From contig JAICEO010000001.1 of the NCBI GenBank assembly GCA_025924135.1, forward strand, positions 1 through 53,947: a DNA stretch of 53,947 nt, written 5' to 3'. The notes under the pieces are model-generated. The model saw only the letters and a list, made by a program, of their open reading frames with translations, did no database searches and was not told the DNA's origin. The translations under genes and the position numbers were made by a program. Origin of the DNA: Nitrososphaeraceae archaeon. Lineage in GTDB: Archaea > Thermoproteota > Nitrososphaeria > Nitrososphaerales > Nitrososphaeraceae. Shown piece by piece: positions 9,609-18,430 of the stretch; the stretch's first letter is position 1, and every line of letters starts with the position of its first letter.

Positions 9609-10877
9609 TTAATATGCTCTATATTCATTTCCAAGAATTTCAGTAGCAATTTTTAATTCTAATACTTCATTTGCTCCTTCATAGATAGTTGTTGCTCTAG
9701 AGTCAAGGAAATGTCTAGCAACTCTGGAGGTCTTTTTATATCCTTCTGCTCCAAATATTTGAACCGATCTATTAGTAACATCTACACAAGCATTTGTAGC
9801 ATAATATTTTGCAATTGCTGATAACCGATCGCATTCATTCCGTAAATCAGAGTATTTTTTATTTTTTCTATTAATTTTGAAGATCCAGCGATCATCTTGA
9901 AGTTTCAAAGTTTCCAAGTAAATCTGAAGTTGTTGTCTGAGTGTCGCAGCTCTATAAACAAGCCATTTTGTACTTTCCAACGCCACAATTATTTGTGAAA
10001 TGTGTTGTTGCACCAATTGTTTCTTTGCTAATACAGTTCCATGTTGAGTTCTACTTTTAGAAAATCGAATAGTCTCTTTTAAACAATCTCTCATCACGCC
10101 GATAGCACCTGCAGCAACACTTAATCTACCGTCTATTAGTGCACTAAATGCTATGCTTAATCCGTTACCAGATAATCCAAGTAAGTTTCCTTTTGAAATT
10201 TTATAATTATTAAATTCTATTATTGCATTCTTTACCGTTAAGAGCCCCAGTTTATTTTTAATCTCTTTTTTCTTGATTTCTGGTGAATCTAAATCTATAA
10301 TGAATGCAGAAATTTTTTTATCACTTCCTTTTTCCTTAGCGTAGGTAGTTATTGTTTTTGCAAACGTTCCATTCCCTACCCAGTGTTTTTTTCCAGATAT
10401 TATAAAGTGATCCCCTCTTTCTTCAAATGTGGTTTCGATTAATGAGGGATCACTTCCAGCATTAGGTTCTGTTAACGCAAAGGCCATTATATCTATCCCT
10501 TTCGTGGTATTAGGAAGAAATTTCTTTTTCTGTTCCTCAGTTCCCCAGTTTTGTAAAATCATTTGTCCAATGGATGTATGACAAGAGAAAAAAGTTCTCA
10601 TAGAGCTTCCCTCCTCTCCAATTCGTTCTAATGCAAGAAGATAACTTAAAATATCATAACCTAAGCCACCATATTCTTTTGAAATAGGACAACCTAACAT
10701 TCCTATCTTTTTGAAAAAAGGAATAACTTTTTTATTGAGGGATGCCATGAGGTAACTTTTTTCCTCCTCTTCTCTCAATAATTTGCAAATACCATCAATT
10801 TTTTGTAAAAACAATTTCTGATCTTTGGATATTTCAAATTTCATTTCTGAAAGATTGGAAAAATGATGGTTTTTCAT
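9609..10877 (-). CDS. Acyl-CoA dehydrogenase family protein
   Basis: FALTEPNAGSD, GKKHWVGN, QIFGAEGY, TIYEGANEV. Confidence 0.92.
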   Translation of the reverse strand: MKNHHFSNLSEMKFEISKDQKLFLQKIDGICKLLREEEEKSYLMASLNKKVIPFFKKIGMLGCPISKEYGGLGYDILSYLLALERIGEEGSSMRTFFSCHTSIGQMILQNWGTEEQKKKFLPNTTKGIDIMAFALTEPNAGSDPSLIETTFEERGDHFIISGKKHWVGNGTFAKTITTYAKEKGSDKKISAFIIDLDSPEIKKKEIKNKLGLLTVKNAIIEFNNYKISKGNLLGLSGNGLSIAFSALIDGRLSVAAGAIGVMRDCLKETIRFSKSRTQHGTVLAKKQLVQQHISQIIVALESTKWLVYRAATLRQQLQIYLETLKLQDDRWIFKINRKNKKYSDLRNECDRLSAIAKYYATNACVDVTNRSVQIFGAEGYKKTSRVARHFLDSRATTIYEGANEVLELKIATEILGNEYRAY

Positions 10878-11135
10878 TTACCAAAATATATAATATCGTG
10901 TAATAAAGATAAATGTTTTAGATAATCATAATATAAAAATATTTCACATTGAAAGAAATTTAAAGACTCAGAGGAAATTGTCAAATTACGAAATAAGTTT
11001 TGAGTTATCATTGATGATTGATAAATACTTATACAATCTTTATAGCTTGGGGTATTAAAAAATACTAATTTTTCTATCTGAAAATCAATATTGGAATTAC
11101 TAGATGCAAGACTAAAGAAGAGTAAGACTAATTCT

Positions 11136-11279
11136 TTATTCTATAAAATATTTTTTCATTATTTTTGACATATTTAGATTGGTTAATTTCTGAAACTCTT
11201 GAAGATGTTCTTTTTTTAAATGTCGTATAACAAATCTAACCTCTTGATCACATAATTTGCATTTCGCCTTTCCAAACAT
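11136..11279 (-). CDS. C2H2-like zinc-finger microprotein (47 aa), not in ORF track
   Basis: Hand translation MFGKAKCKLCDQEVRFVIRHLKKEHLQEFQKLTNLNMSKIMKKYFIE*; C-x2-C-x9-H-x4-H. Confidence 0.75.
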   Translation of the reverse strand: MFGKAKCKLCDQEVRFVIRHLKKEHLQEFQKLTNLNMSKIMKKYFIE

Positions 11280-11396
11280 AGATAATAGCCTAGAGTAGTT
11301 ATAATACTTAACTTTTATTATTATTTTCTAGAAAAGAATAAATTCCAAATTAAAAAAGGATTATTATTTGAAAATGTAGTCTAAATTATTATTGAC

Positions 11397-12728
11397 TTAT
11401 TCTTTTATTTCATTAATAATTTCATCTTTATCTTCATATTTTCTTTGTTGTGGTAACATTATATAAACACAAGCTCCGCCACACATTGTACATGGAACAT
11501 TATTCCCTTCATGTTGGCCTTGTCTATTGTGAATTCTCTCTGCTTCTTCTGGATTTATAGAAAGTTCTATTTGCTTTTGCCAATTTAAGGTTCTCCTTGC
11601 ATTCGTAATTGCCCTATCCCATTTTATCGCTTTCTCTCTAATCTTTACTAAATCACCTGCATGAGCCGCAATTCTATAGGCGATCAAACCTTCTTTTACA
11701 TCTTCAACATTTGGCAATGATAAATGTTCTGCTGGAGTCAAATAACATAAAAGATCGACTCCTTCTGAAGCAGATACTGCAGCTCCTATTGCACTTGCAA
11801 TATGATCATATCCTGCTGCAACATCAGTAACTAGAGGTCCGAGGACATAATATGGGATTTCTCCAATTAATGATTTCGCCAATCTAACATTTACTGCCAC
11901 TTCATTTAAGGGTACATGACCAGGCCCTTCAACCATAACCTGTATGTCCTTTTCATGTGCCCTCTTGCATAACCTGGCTACATTAATCATTTCTTGGATT
12001 TGAAGCTCGTCGTGTGAATCCAATATAGATCCGGGTCTCAATGCATCACCTAAGCTAAAAGTTACATCATATTTTCGAGCTATTTCACACATATAGTCAA
12101 AGTGTTTAAAGTATGGATTTTCTTTATCGTATTTTAACATCCATGCAGCAGTAATTGTCCCACCTTTAGATACTATACCTGCATGTCTTTTAACTTCTAA
12201 AATTCTTTTTGCTATTTCTTTTGTTATACCTGAATGAATAGTAGTATAATCCACTCCATCTTTGGCGTGTTTTTCAAATGAATTTAAAAAATCATCTTCA
12301 GTTATATTCAAAGGATTTTTGTATTTTTCGACACCGTAAGCATAGGCTTGATAGATTGGAACAGTACCAAAAGTAATTGGTGCAGCATCTAAAAGGGTTT
12401 CTCGGATCAAATCTAAATTTCCACCATCAGAAAGATCCATTATAGTATCCCCACCATATTTCACTGCAACTTTGGCCTTTGAGACTTCTTCGTCGAGGTT
12501 CTGATAGAGGGTCGAGGTTCCAATATTAACATTAACTTTGGTTTTTAGTCCCTTTCCAATACCAACAACTTTTATTTTTTGCTTTCGTATATTATTTCTG
12601 GGAATAATTATAGAACCATTTGCTACTTTTTGAATTATATAATTTATATCTATATCTTCATCTTTTGCAACCTGGAGCATTTCCTCAGTAGGAATTCCTC
12701 TTCTTGCACTGCTCATCTGAGTACTCAT
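11397..12728 (-). CDS. thiC: Phosphomethylpyrimidine synthase
   Basis: KVNVNIGTS, TIMDLS, EGPGH, LCYLTPAEH, C-terminal CTMCGGAC; probable start is ATG 12728 (MSTQM). Confidence 0.96.
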   Translation of the reverse strand: MSTQMSSARRGIPTEEMLQVAKDEDIDINYIIQKVANGSIIIPRNNIRKQKIKVVGIGKGLKTKVNVNIGTSTLYQNLDEEVSKAKVAVKYGGDTIMDLSDGGNLDLIRETLLDAAPITFGTVPIYQAYAYGVEKYKNPLNITEDDFLNSFEKHAKDGVDYTTIHSGITKEIAKRILEVKRHAGIVSKGGTITAAWMLKYDKENPYFKHFDYMCEIARKYDVTFSLGDALRPGSILDSHDELQIQEMINVARLCKRAHEKDIQVMVEGPGHVPLNEVAVNVRLAKSLIGEIPYYVLGPLVTDVAAGYDHIASAIGAAVSASEGVDLLCYLTPAEHLSLPNVEDVKEGLIAYRIAAHAGDLVKIREKAIKWDRAITNARRTLNWQKQIELSINPEEAERIHNRQGQHEGNNVPCTMCGGACVYIMLPQQRKYEDKDEIINEIKE

Positions 12729-12898
12729 TATTATTATTCTATTAAATATAGAACAAATGAATATAAAAGAATGTCTCCACTTAGCTAACAAAATTTTAAG
12801 TCTCAATACAAGTATAATTGAGTCAATTCATTCCAACCTTAATACTATAATATTTGTATGTCAAAACACCTTTAATATAAAGAAATGAAAGATATACT

Positions 12899-13840
12899 AT
12901 GAATTATTTTATTAATGACGACCATTTATCTAATAAAGTACCTCAGTCATATCAGAAGGAACCCTTTCTCTTAGAAAAACTTCTTTTTAGATTATCTAAA
13001 AAATGGATTGCTGGATATAACATAGATGAAGCGTTAAGGTATGCTTTAAATGCAAATGAAAAGGGTTTAAGATGTATCATTAATTATCTTGGAGAAGATT
13101 TAAAAAATCAAGATATTATAAAAAAAACAGTAGTAGAATATAAAAATCTAGTAATAAAAATGAAAGACAGTGGTATTACAGGATCAATTTCGATAAAACC
13201 TACACAAATCGGGTTATCTTTGGATATGAATGTCTGTCTAGACAACCTGTTAGAAATAATTTTTATTGCAAAAAAAAATAATATTTTCATTTGGATAGAT
13301 ATGGAATGTTTCAAGAACGTTGAATCTACTTTGAAAATTTATCAAAAGGTAATGGAAGAAATTAGTGAAATAGGAATTGTACTCCAATCATATATAAAAA
13401 GAAGTTATTCTGATTTAGTAAAATTATTGGCTAATAACCCCAATATACGTTTAGTCAAGGGTGCGTATCATGAAAAAGAGAAATATGCCTTCAAAACGAA
13501 AGTTGAAATAGATAACAATTATATCGAAATGACGAAACTTTTATTTTTGCAAAGAGACAATCTTAGAAAAAACCAAATTTTTGCAATTGCAACTCATGAT
13601 GCTAATTTAATTCAAAAGTCTTTAGATCTATTTTATTTATATGACTTTAAAAAAGAACATTTACAATTTCAATTTCTCAAAGGAATTCGTGAAAAATTAA
13701 AAGTCAATTTATTATCAAGAGGATTTAATGTTTATGAATACGTACCATATGGTGACAATTGGCTCCCTTATTCTCTACGAAGACTAAGAGAACGGAAAAG
13801 TAATGTAATTCTATTGCTGCGTTCATTGATTTCTACGTGA
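12899..13840 (+). CDS. Monofunctional proline dehydrogenase
   Basis: WIAG, SISIKPTQIG, IDME, RLVKGAY, IATHD, YVPYG..W.PY..RRL.ER. Confidence 0.93.
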   Translation: MNYFINDDHLSNKVPQSYQKEPFLLEKLLFRLSKKWIAGYNIDEALRYALNANEKGLRCIINYLGEDLKNQDIIKKTVVEYKNLVIKMKDSGITGSISIKPTQIGLSLDMNVCLDNLLEIIFIAKKNNIFIWIDMECFKNVESTLKIYQKVMEEISEIGIVLQSYIKRSYSDLVKLLANNPNIRLVKGAYHEKEKYAFKTKVEIDNNYIEMTKLLFLQRDNLRKNQIFAIATHDANLIQKSLDLFYLYDFKKEHLQFQFLKGIREKLKVNLLSRGFNVYEYVPYGDNWLPYSLRRLRERKSNVILLLRSLIST

Positions 13841-13854
13841 TCTCCAATTTCTAA

Positions 13855-14244
13855 TTACCTGAATTTTATAGTTTTTATATTTCCAGCATTTGCAGATACC
13901 ATAACTCTATCAAAATTTAATTCGTCAGGGTTTGGCGTTATAGCTATTGCACTGAATGGGGGGATATTTCCAAACGAATGCAATTTACCATTTTCACCAA
14001 ATTTCACCATAACATCTTTGATTTCTTGGAAACTATTATTGTTCACCTTAATACTTATTGTTTTTACAGAATGCATCGCATCGCTTCTTTCAAAAATCTC
14101 CACGGTTAATCCTGCTCGAGGTATAAAAACTGATAAAACAACAATAGCAACAATTACAAAACCACCATACATAATATATTTTATTTTTTTCTTATTTAGT
14201 CGTAAAGGTGACCTTCGGCCAGAATCATTGTCCCATCTTCCCAC
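13855..14244 (-). CDS. Membrane-anchored hypothetical protein
   Basis: GTG start, basic N-terminus, one TM helix, beta-rich soluble domain. Confidence 0.7.
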   Translation of the reverse strand: MGRWDNDSGRRSPLRLNKKKIKYIMYGGFVIVAIVVLSVFIPRAGLTVEIFERSDAMHSVKTISIKVNNNSFQEIKDVMVKFGENGKLHSFGNIPPFSAIAITPNPDELNFDRVMVSANAGNIKTIKFR

Positions 14245-14375
14245 AATATATTATAGAATTACATTATAATAAAGCTCATGATTAAATGATAACATTAAAT
14301 CTTATTTTTGTATATCAACACTATGTATTTTAAATAATATAAAATTTAATTAATAACCGTTTGAAATTTATATTG

Positions 14376-14888
14376 ATGCATAGTTCGGATGACTCTAACT
14401 CAATGTATATTCATGAAATCATGAGTAAGAATGTGATAAAGGTCAATTATGAAATCTCTGCCTTCGAAATATCAAAAATTATGGTAAAACGCAGGATTAG
14501 TTCAGTAGTCATAATAGATAATAATGATAAAATTATAGGAATAGTTACAGAGAAGGACCTGATAAAAGAAGTATGTGCCAAAAACCTTCTTGCAACTACA
14601 TTAACCGCATCTAAAGTAATGTCATCTCCTTTAATAACTATTAGTAAAAATTCCACTATAAATGATGCAACAAAACTAATGGTAGAAAAAAAAATAAAAC
14701 ATTTGGCAATTCATGACAATAATGATATTATTGGAATACTTACTACATATGATCTAATTAATGTATTAAGAAATAAGGTTAAATCTATAGAGTTAGATTC
14801 TAATCTGTTAGATGCAATTTCAATGGCTGATATTCCTTTAGAAGAGGGTGGGTTTTCTCTTCCGTTATCTGAAGATGAATTAAAATAA
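14376..14888 (+). CDS. CBS-pair domain protein
   Basis: IMSKNVI...IIGIVTEKDL...VMSSPLITI...IIGILTTYDL; start uncertain. Confidence 0.9.
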   Translation: MHSSDDSNSMYIHEIMSKNVIKVNYEISAFEISKIMVKRRISSVVIIDNNDKIIGIVTEKDLIKEVCAKNLLATTLTASKVMSSPLITISKNSTINDATKLMVEKKIKHLAIHDNNDIIGILTTYDLINVLRNKVKSIELDSNLLDAISMADIPLEEGGFSLPLSEDELK

Positions 14889-15008
14889 CCAACAATCATT
14901 CTAACATTAAAATTTCTTTATATGTTTCCAAATTTATTTAATATATAGATATAACACTAGACCATTACTGTAATAATCAATAAATACTTTAAGATATATT
15001 TTGAAATA

Positions 15009-15440
15009 ATGGATACAGATCGTCACACAGACGAAGAAATAAAAGAATTCTATAATTTAAAAAATATTGCAGTGGTGGGGATGTCCAAAAATGAAGAAAA
15101 GCCTTCTCATTTCGTACCTAACTATCTAATTAAGAATGGTTATAATATAATACCAGTTAATCCAACAACGGAAGAAATTTTGGAAAGAAAATCCTACAAA
15201 CATGTTTCAGAAATCAAAGAAGACGTTGATATAGTAGACATATTTCGAAAATCAGAGGATATTGTTCCAATAGTAGAGGACTTACTAAAGAAAAAAGGAA
15301 TAAAGGTAATCTGGTTACAAAAAGGTATTTTTAATGAACATGCAAAAGAAATGGCAAAAACAAATGGAATCGATTTTGTATATAACAGATGTATGCTAGA
15401 AGAACATCGAAGATTGTTCCCAGATAGCAATACGAATTAA
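15009..15440 (+). CDS. CoA-binding protein (YccU-like)
   Basis: IAVVGMS...IIPVNP...VDIVDIFR...IWLQKG...NRCM. Confidence 0.9.
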   Translation: MDTDRHTDEEIKEFYNLKNIAVVGMSKNEEKPSHFVPNYLIKNGYNIIPVNPTTEEILERKSYKHVSEIKEDVDIVDIFRKSEDIVPIVEDLLKKKGIKVIWLQKGIFNEHAKEMAKTNGIDFVYNRCMLEEHRRLFPDSNTN

Positions 15441-15907
15441 AACTTAAACTAAGCCATCTAAAATGGTACTTACACACCAAATGTTAATATAGTAAATGTC
15501 ATATAAGTTAATTCTTACATTCTGTCTTGATTAAACCATCCAATTTTCATATATCCTGTATCTAAATCTTTTCTTCCAAATTATTAATAAAATGTCTTGT
15601 TAGGTGAAAATATTACAAATCTGATAACTATATTCTTAAAAATTCTTAACGATTTTCCTAATCTATTGAAAGCTAGAGATAATCTTAACGAATATCATTG
15701 AAAAGTTAGCCCTTATTAGTATATTAGTAATAATATTTTACTTATTTTCCAATAATGCAATAGAGTTAATATGTCGCGTCCTAAAAAAATCATAACTATC
15801 TTGTATAGAATTCTAAAAGAAAAATTCAAATTCAAATATAGTAATTGAAATAGACTTAGGCAAAAAGAATATAATTCTAATTCTACTTTGTTCTCTAGAA
15901 ACAGCTT

Positions 15908-16093
15908 ATGATATTATCATTGATCATATTAGGGGTGATTATTCTAATTCTTGGAATTATATTCTACTATCAAAGCAAATCCTTAATAGGACCAAAACGC
16001 TCATTTATGTATAATAATCCCGCTTGGTCTAGTAAGGGATTTTTTGTAATTCTTCTCGGCTTGTCTCTGGTAGTAATAGGTTTTTTTCTTTAA
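15908..16093 (+). CDS. Small two-helix membrane protein
   Basis: Two hydrophobic segments flanking GPKRSFMYNNPAW. Confidence 0.7.
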   Translation: MILSLIILGVIILILGIIFYYQSKSLIGPKRSFMYNNPAWSSKGFFVILLGLSLVVIGFFL

Positions 16094-16208
16094 AATGTTG
16101 GAAATATATCAATAAAAATAAAATTTTAAAAAAGCGAATATATGTTTAGTAGCGGCTCTATCCATTTTTACAATACTTATTAAATAAACATTCTTATTTT
16201 CAAAGTTA

Positions 16209-16760
16209 ATGAAACCATCTTCTGTTCGCTTTTTATTGAAAAATCATGAAAAATACCTATTTACAATTTTAATATTAGCAACAATTTCTGTAGTAGGATT
16301 TACTATAGAAAAAGCATATCCTCAATCAGCAGATTCACAATTGAAAGGGCCTGCAATGAATGATCAAAAATCAGATGAAGCAAAATCTATTTCTGATGCT
16401 AAATTTACTCCTAAAATGTATGTAAAAATTACATCTCATAAAAATGCTGACACAGTTCCTGCTGGCGAACTTACTATCAATGGAACATCTAGTGATACCG
16501 CCTCGAGAGATTGCATTGTAGAAGTGGATTGGAATAATCAAAAGCCATCTCAAATAGTTACACCTACAGGACCAGGGGGCTCGAGTGATTACTCAACGTG
16601 GACATTTAATTATACAAAAGAATATCATGAGATAGAGGTAGGGCCGAATGAGCTAACATCAAAATTAACTTGTATTAACCCTGGACCTTTAACAAAATGG
16701 TTTAGCGTTACATTAACAGGTGAACAGCCACCATTTCCAAGACCGTTACCTGTACCTTAA
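16209..16760 (+). CDS. Secreted/anchored protein with Ig-like beta domain
   Basis: Signal/TM segment then VKITS...LTINGTSSD...C.VEVDWN...DYSTW.F...NELTSKLTC, with a Cys pair and a Pro-rich tail. Confidence 0.75.
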   Translation: MKPSSVRFLLKNHEKYLFTILILATISVVGFTIEKAYPQSADSQLKGPAMNDQKSDEAKSISDAKFTPKMYVKITSHKNADTVPAGELTINGTSSDTASRDCIVEVDWNNQKPSQIVTPTGPGGSSDYSTWTFNYTKEYHEIEVGPNELTSKLTCINPGPLTKWFSVTLTGEQPPFPRPLPVP

Positions 16761-16831
16761 TTTTTTTATTAGGTTTTGTTATAATGATAAAAAAATATAA
16801 ATGATTTTTGCTGCTCTAATGAACATATCTA

Positions 16832-18364
16832 TTGAATTTTAAATATTTTTTAACTCAGAGTGATAATTATACTATCTCAAAACAAGAAATATATCTAATC
16901 ATCTTAATTTTTGTTATTGCATTTACCATAAGAGCTTATGACTTAGGTAAGTTAGCTTTCAATAATGATGAAGCAATATATGCTGGACAGGCAGCGTCCC
17001 TTGCCAATTATAGTGAATACCAAGAACAATTTTCAATTTTTAGAGCTCATCCCTTATTATTGCAATTTATGATTTCTATCTCTTTTTATTTTTTTGGTAT
17101 AAACGAATTTACTGCCCGGATCGTTCCTGTTTTTTTGAGTTGTGGTATTGTTGTTATATCTTATTTTATTGCTAAATTTTTATACAACCAACAAACGGCG
17201 ATTATCTCTTCTATTATCCTAGGTTTACTTCCATACCATGTAGCAATCTCCAAACAGGCCCTTGTTGATGTTTCAATGGCGTTTTTCTTTGTTCTTAATC
17301 TTTTACTAATGTTACTATATTATAGGAAAAATACAATCTTACTTCTTTATGGAATAGGGATCACCGCAGGTCTGAGCTTTCTTTCAAAGGAGGTTGGAAT
17401 AATCTCTTTCGCTATTTCTATTATCAGTTTAATTATTATAAATAAAAAAATAAAATTTAAAAATATTCTAGTTGTTGCTTTATCTTTTATTTTTATAACG
17501 TCTCCATATTGGATTTCTTTCATAACATTAGAAGAAGCACGTGAATCATTATTAGATTATATTGCGTGGCAAAGTTCGAGACCAGCAAATCATGATAGCT
17601 TATATTATTTTCTTACTATCTCTACGGATGTTTTAGGCTATGTTTTAACTTTGTTACTAGTCATTGCATACATATATCTCCTGTTTAGCAGAAGAAATTG
17701 GAATTTTTCAAATATTATGCTTCCTTTTCTCTGGATTGCTATTCCCTTCCTTTTCTATCAAGTATTGTCCGTAAAAGGATATCATTTTCTTTTTTCAATA
17801 ACGCCCTTTCTTGTTATCTTTGCTATTTCTTTCCTTGCAGGAGATTGGATTAAAAGGATTCCTAGGAAGGACATGTTGTTAATTGGTATAATTCCTCTAG
17901 CATTACTTTCAAATAGCCAATACATTAACGAATATTTCTTGTCTAAGTCTCATAATCCTGTTCTCGGTTCAGAATCAATCTTTCATATGAAAGATGCGGC
18001 GATCTGGATTAAAGAAAATACTCCGGAGAATGCTAAAATTCTTACTCTGTACACTCACATGTCAAATATAATAAAATTTTATTCTCACAGAGATTCGATA
18101 GCAATCCAATCAAACAATAACCCTTCATATCAAAAACTTGAAAATATAGATATTTCGATCTTGGCTAATGAAATAAACTATATTGTTTATGAAAAAATTC
18201 AAATCGATAATGGAAAATTTCTACAAAATAAAGCAATAGAGCTAGAGGATTACGTTAAAAAGTATGATGGAGTTCCAGTCTACGTGAATTACCAAAATTA
18301 TACTAATCTAGAAAATAATAAAATATTTTCAAGGCCGGCTATAGTAGTATACCAGTTTAATTAA
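16832..18364 (+). CDS. GT-C fold glycosyltransferase (PMT/ArnT-like, family 39/83)
   Basis: NDEAIY loop motif, HPLL, FGINEFTAR, many TM helices, C-terminal soluble domain. Confidence 0.88.
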   Translation: MNFKYFLTQSDNYTISKQEIYLIILIFVIAFTIRAYDLGKLAFNNDEAIYAGQAASLANYSEYQEQFSIFRAHPLLLQFMISISFYFFGINEFTARIVPVFLSCGIVVISYFIAKFLYNQQTAIISSIILGLLPYHVAISKQALVDVSMAFFFVLNLLLMLLYYRKNTILLLYGIGITAGLSFLSKEVGIISFAISIISLIIINKKIKFKNILVVALSFIFITSPYWISFITLEEARESLLDYIAWQSSRPANHDSLYYFLTISTDVLGYVLTLLLVIAYIYLLFSRRNWNFSNIMLPFLWIAIPFLFYQVLSVKGYHFLFSITPFLVIFAISFLAGDWIKRIPRKDMLLIGIIPLALLSNSQYINEYFLSKSHNPVLGSESIFHMKDAAIWIKENTPENAKILTLYTHMSNIIKFYSHRDSIAIQSNNNPSYQKLENIDISILANEINYIVYEKIQIDNGKFLQNKAIELEDYVKKYDGVPVYVNYQNYTNLENNKIFSRPAIVVYQFN

Positions 18365-18430
18365 TGATATGATTTTATCTGGATTTAATAAAAGACAATG
18401 ATTAGTTTATGATGTTAACATTGATGTAAA

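Noticed and set aside
12729-12898. TPP riboswitch upstream of thiC
   Set aside because: No CTGAGA core or GC-rich stems; the interval looks like a plain divergent promoter
15441-15850. Stop-interrupted minus-strand peptide fragments suggesting a pseudogene
   Set aside because: No recognisable family; cannot be told from AT-rich intergenic DNA
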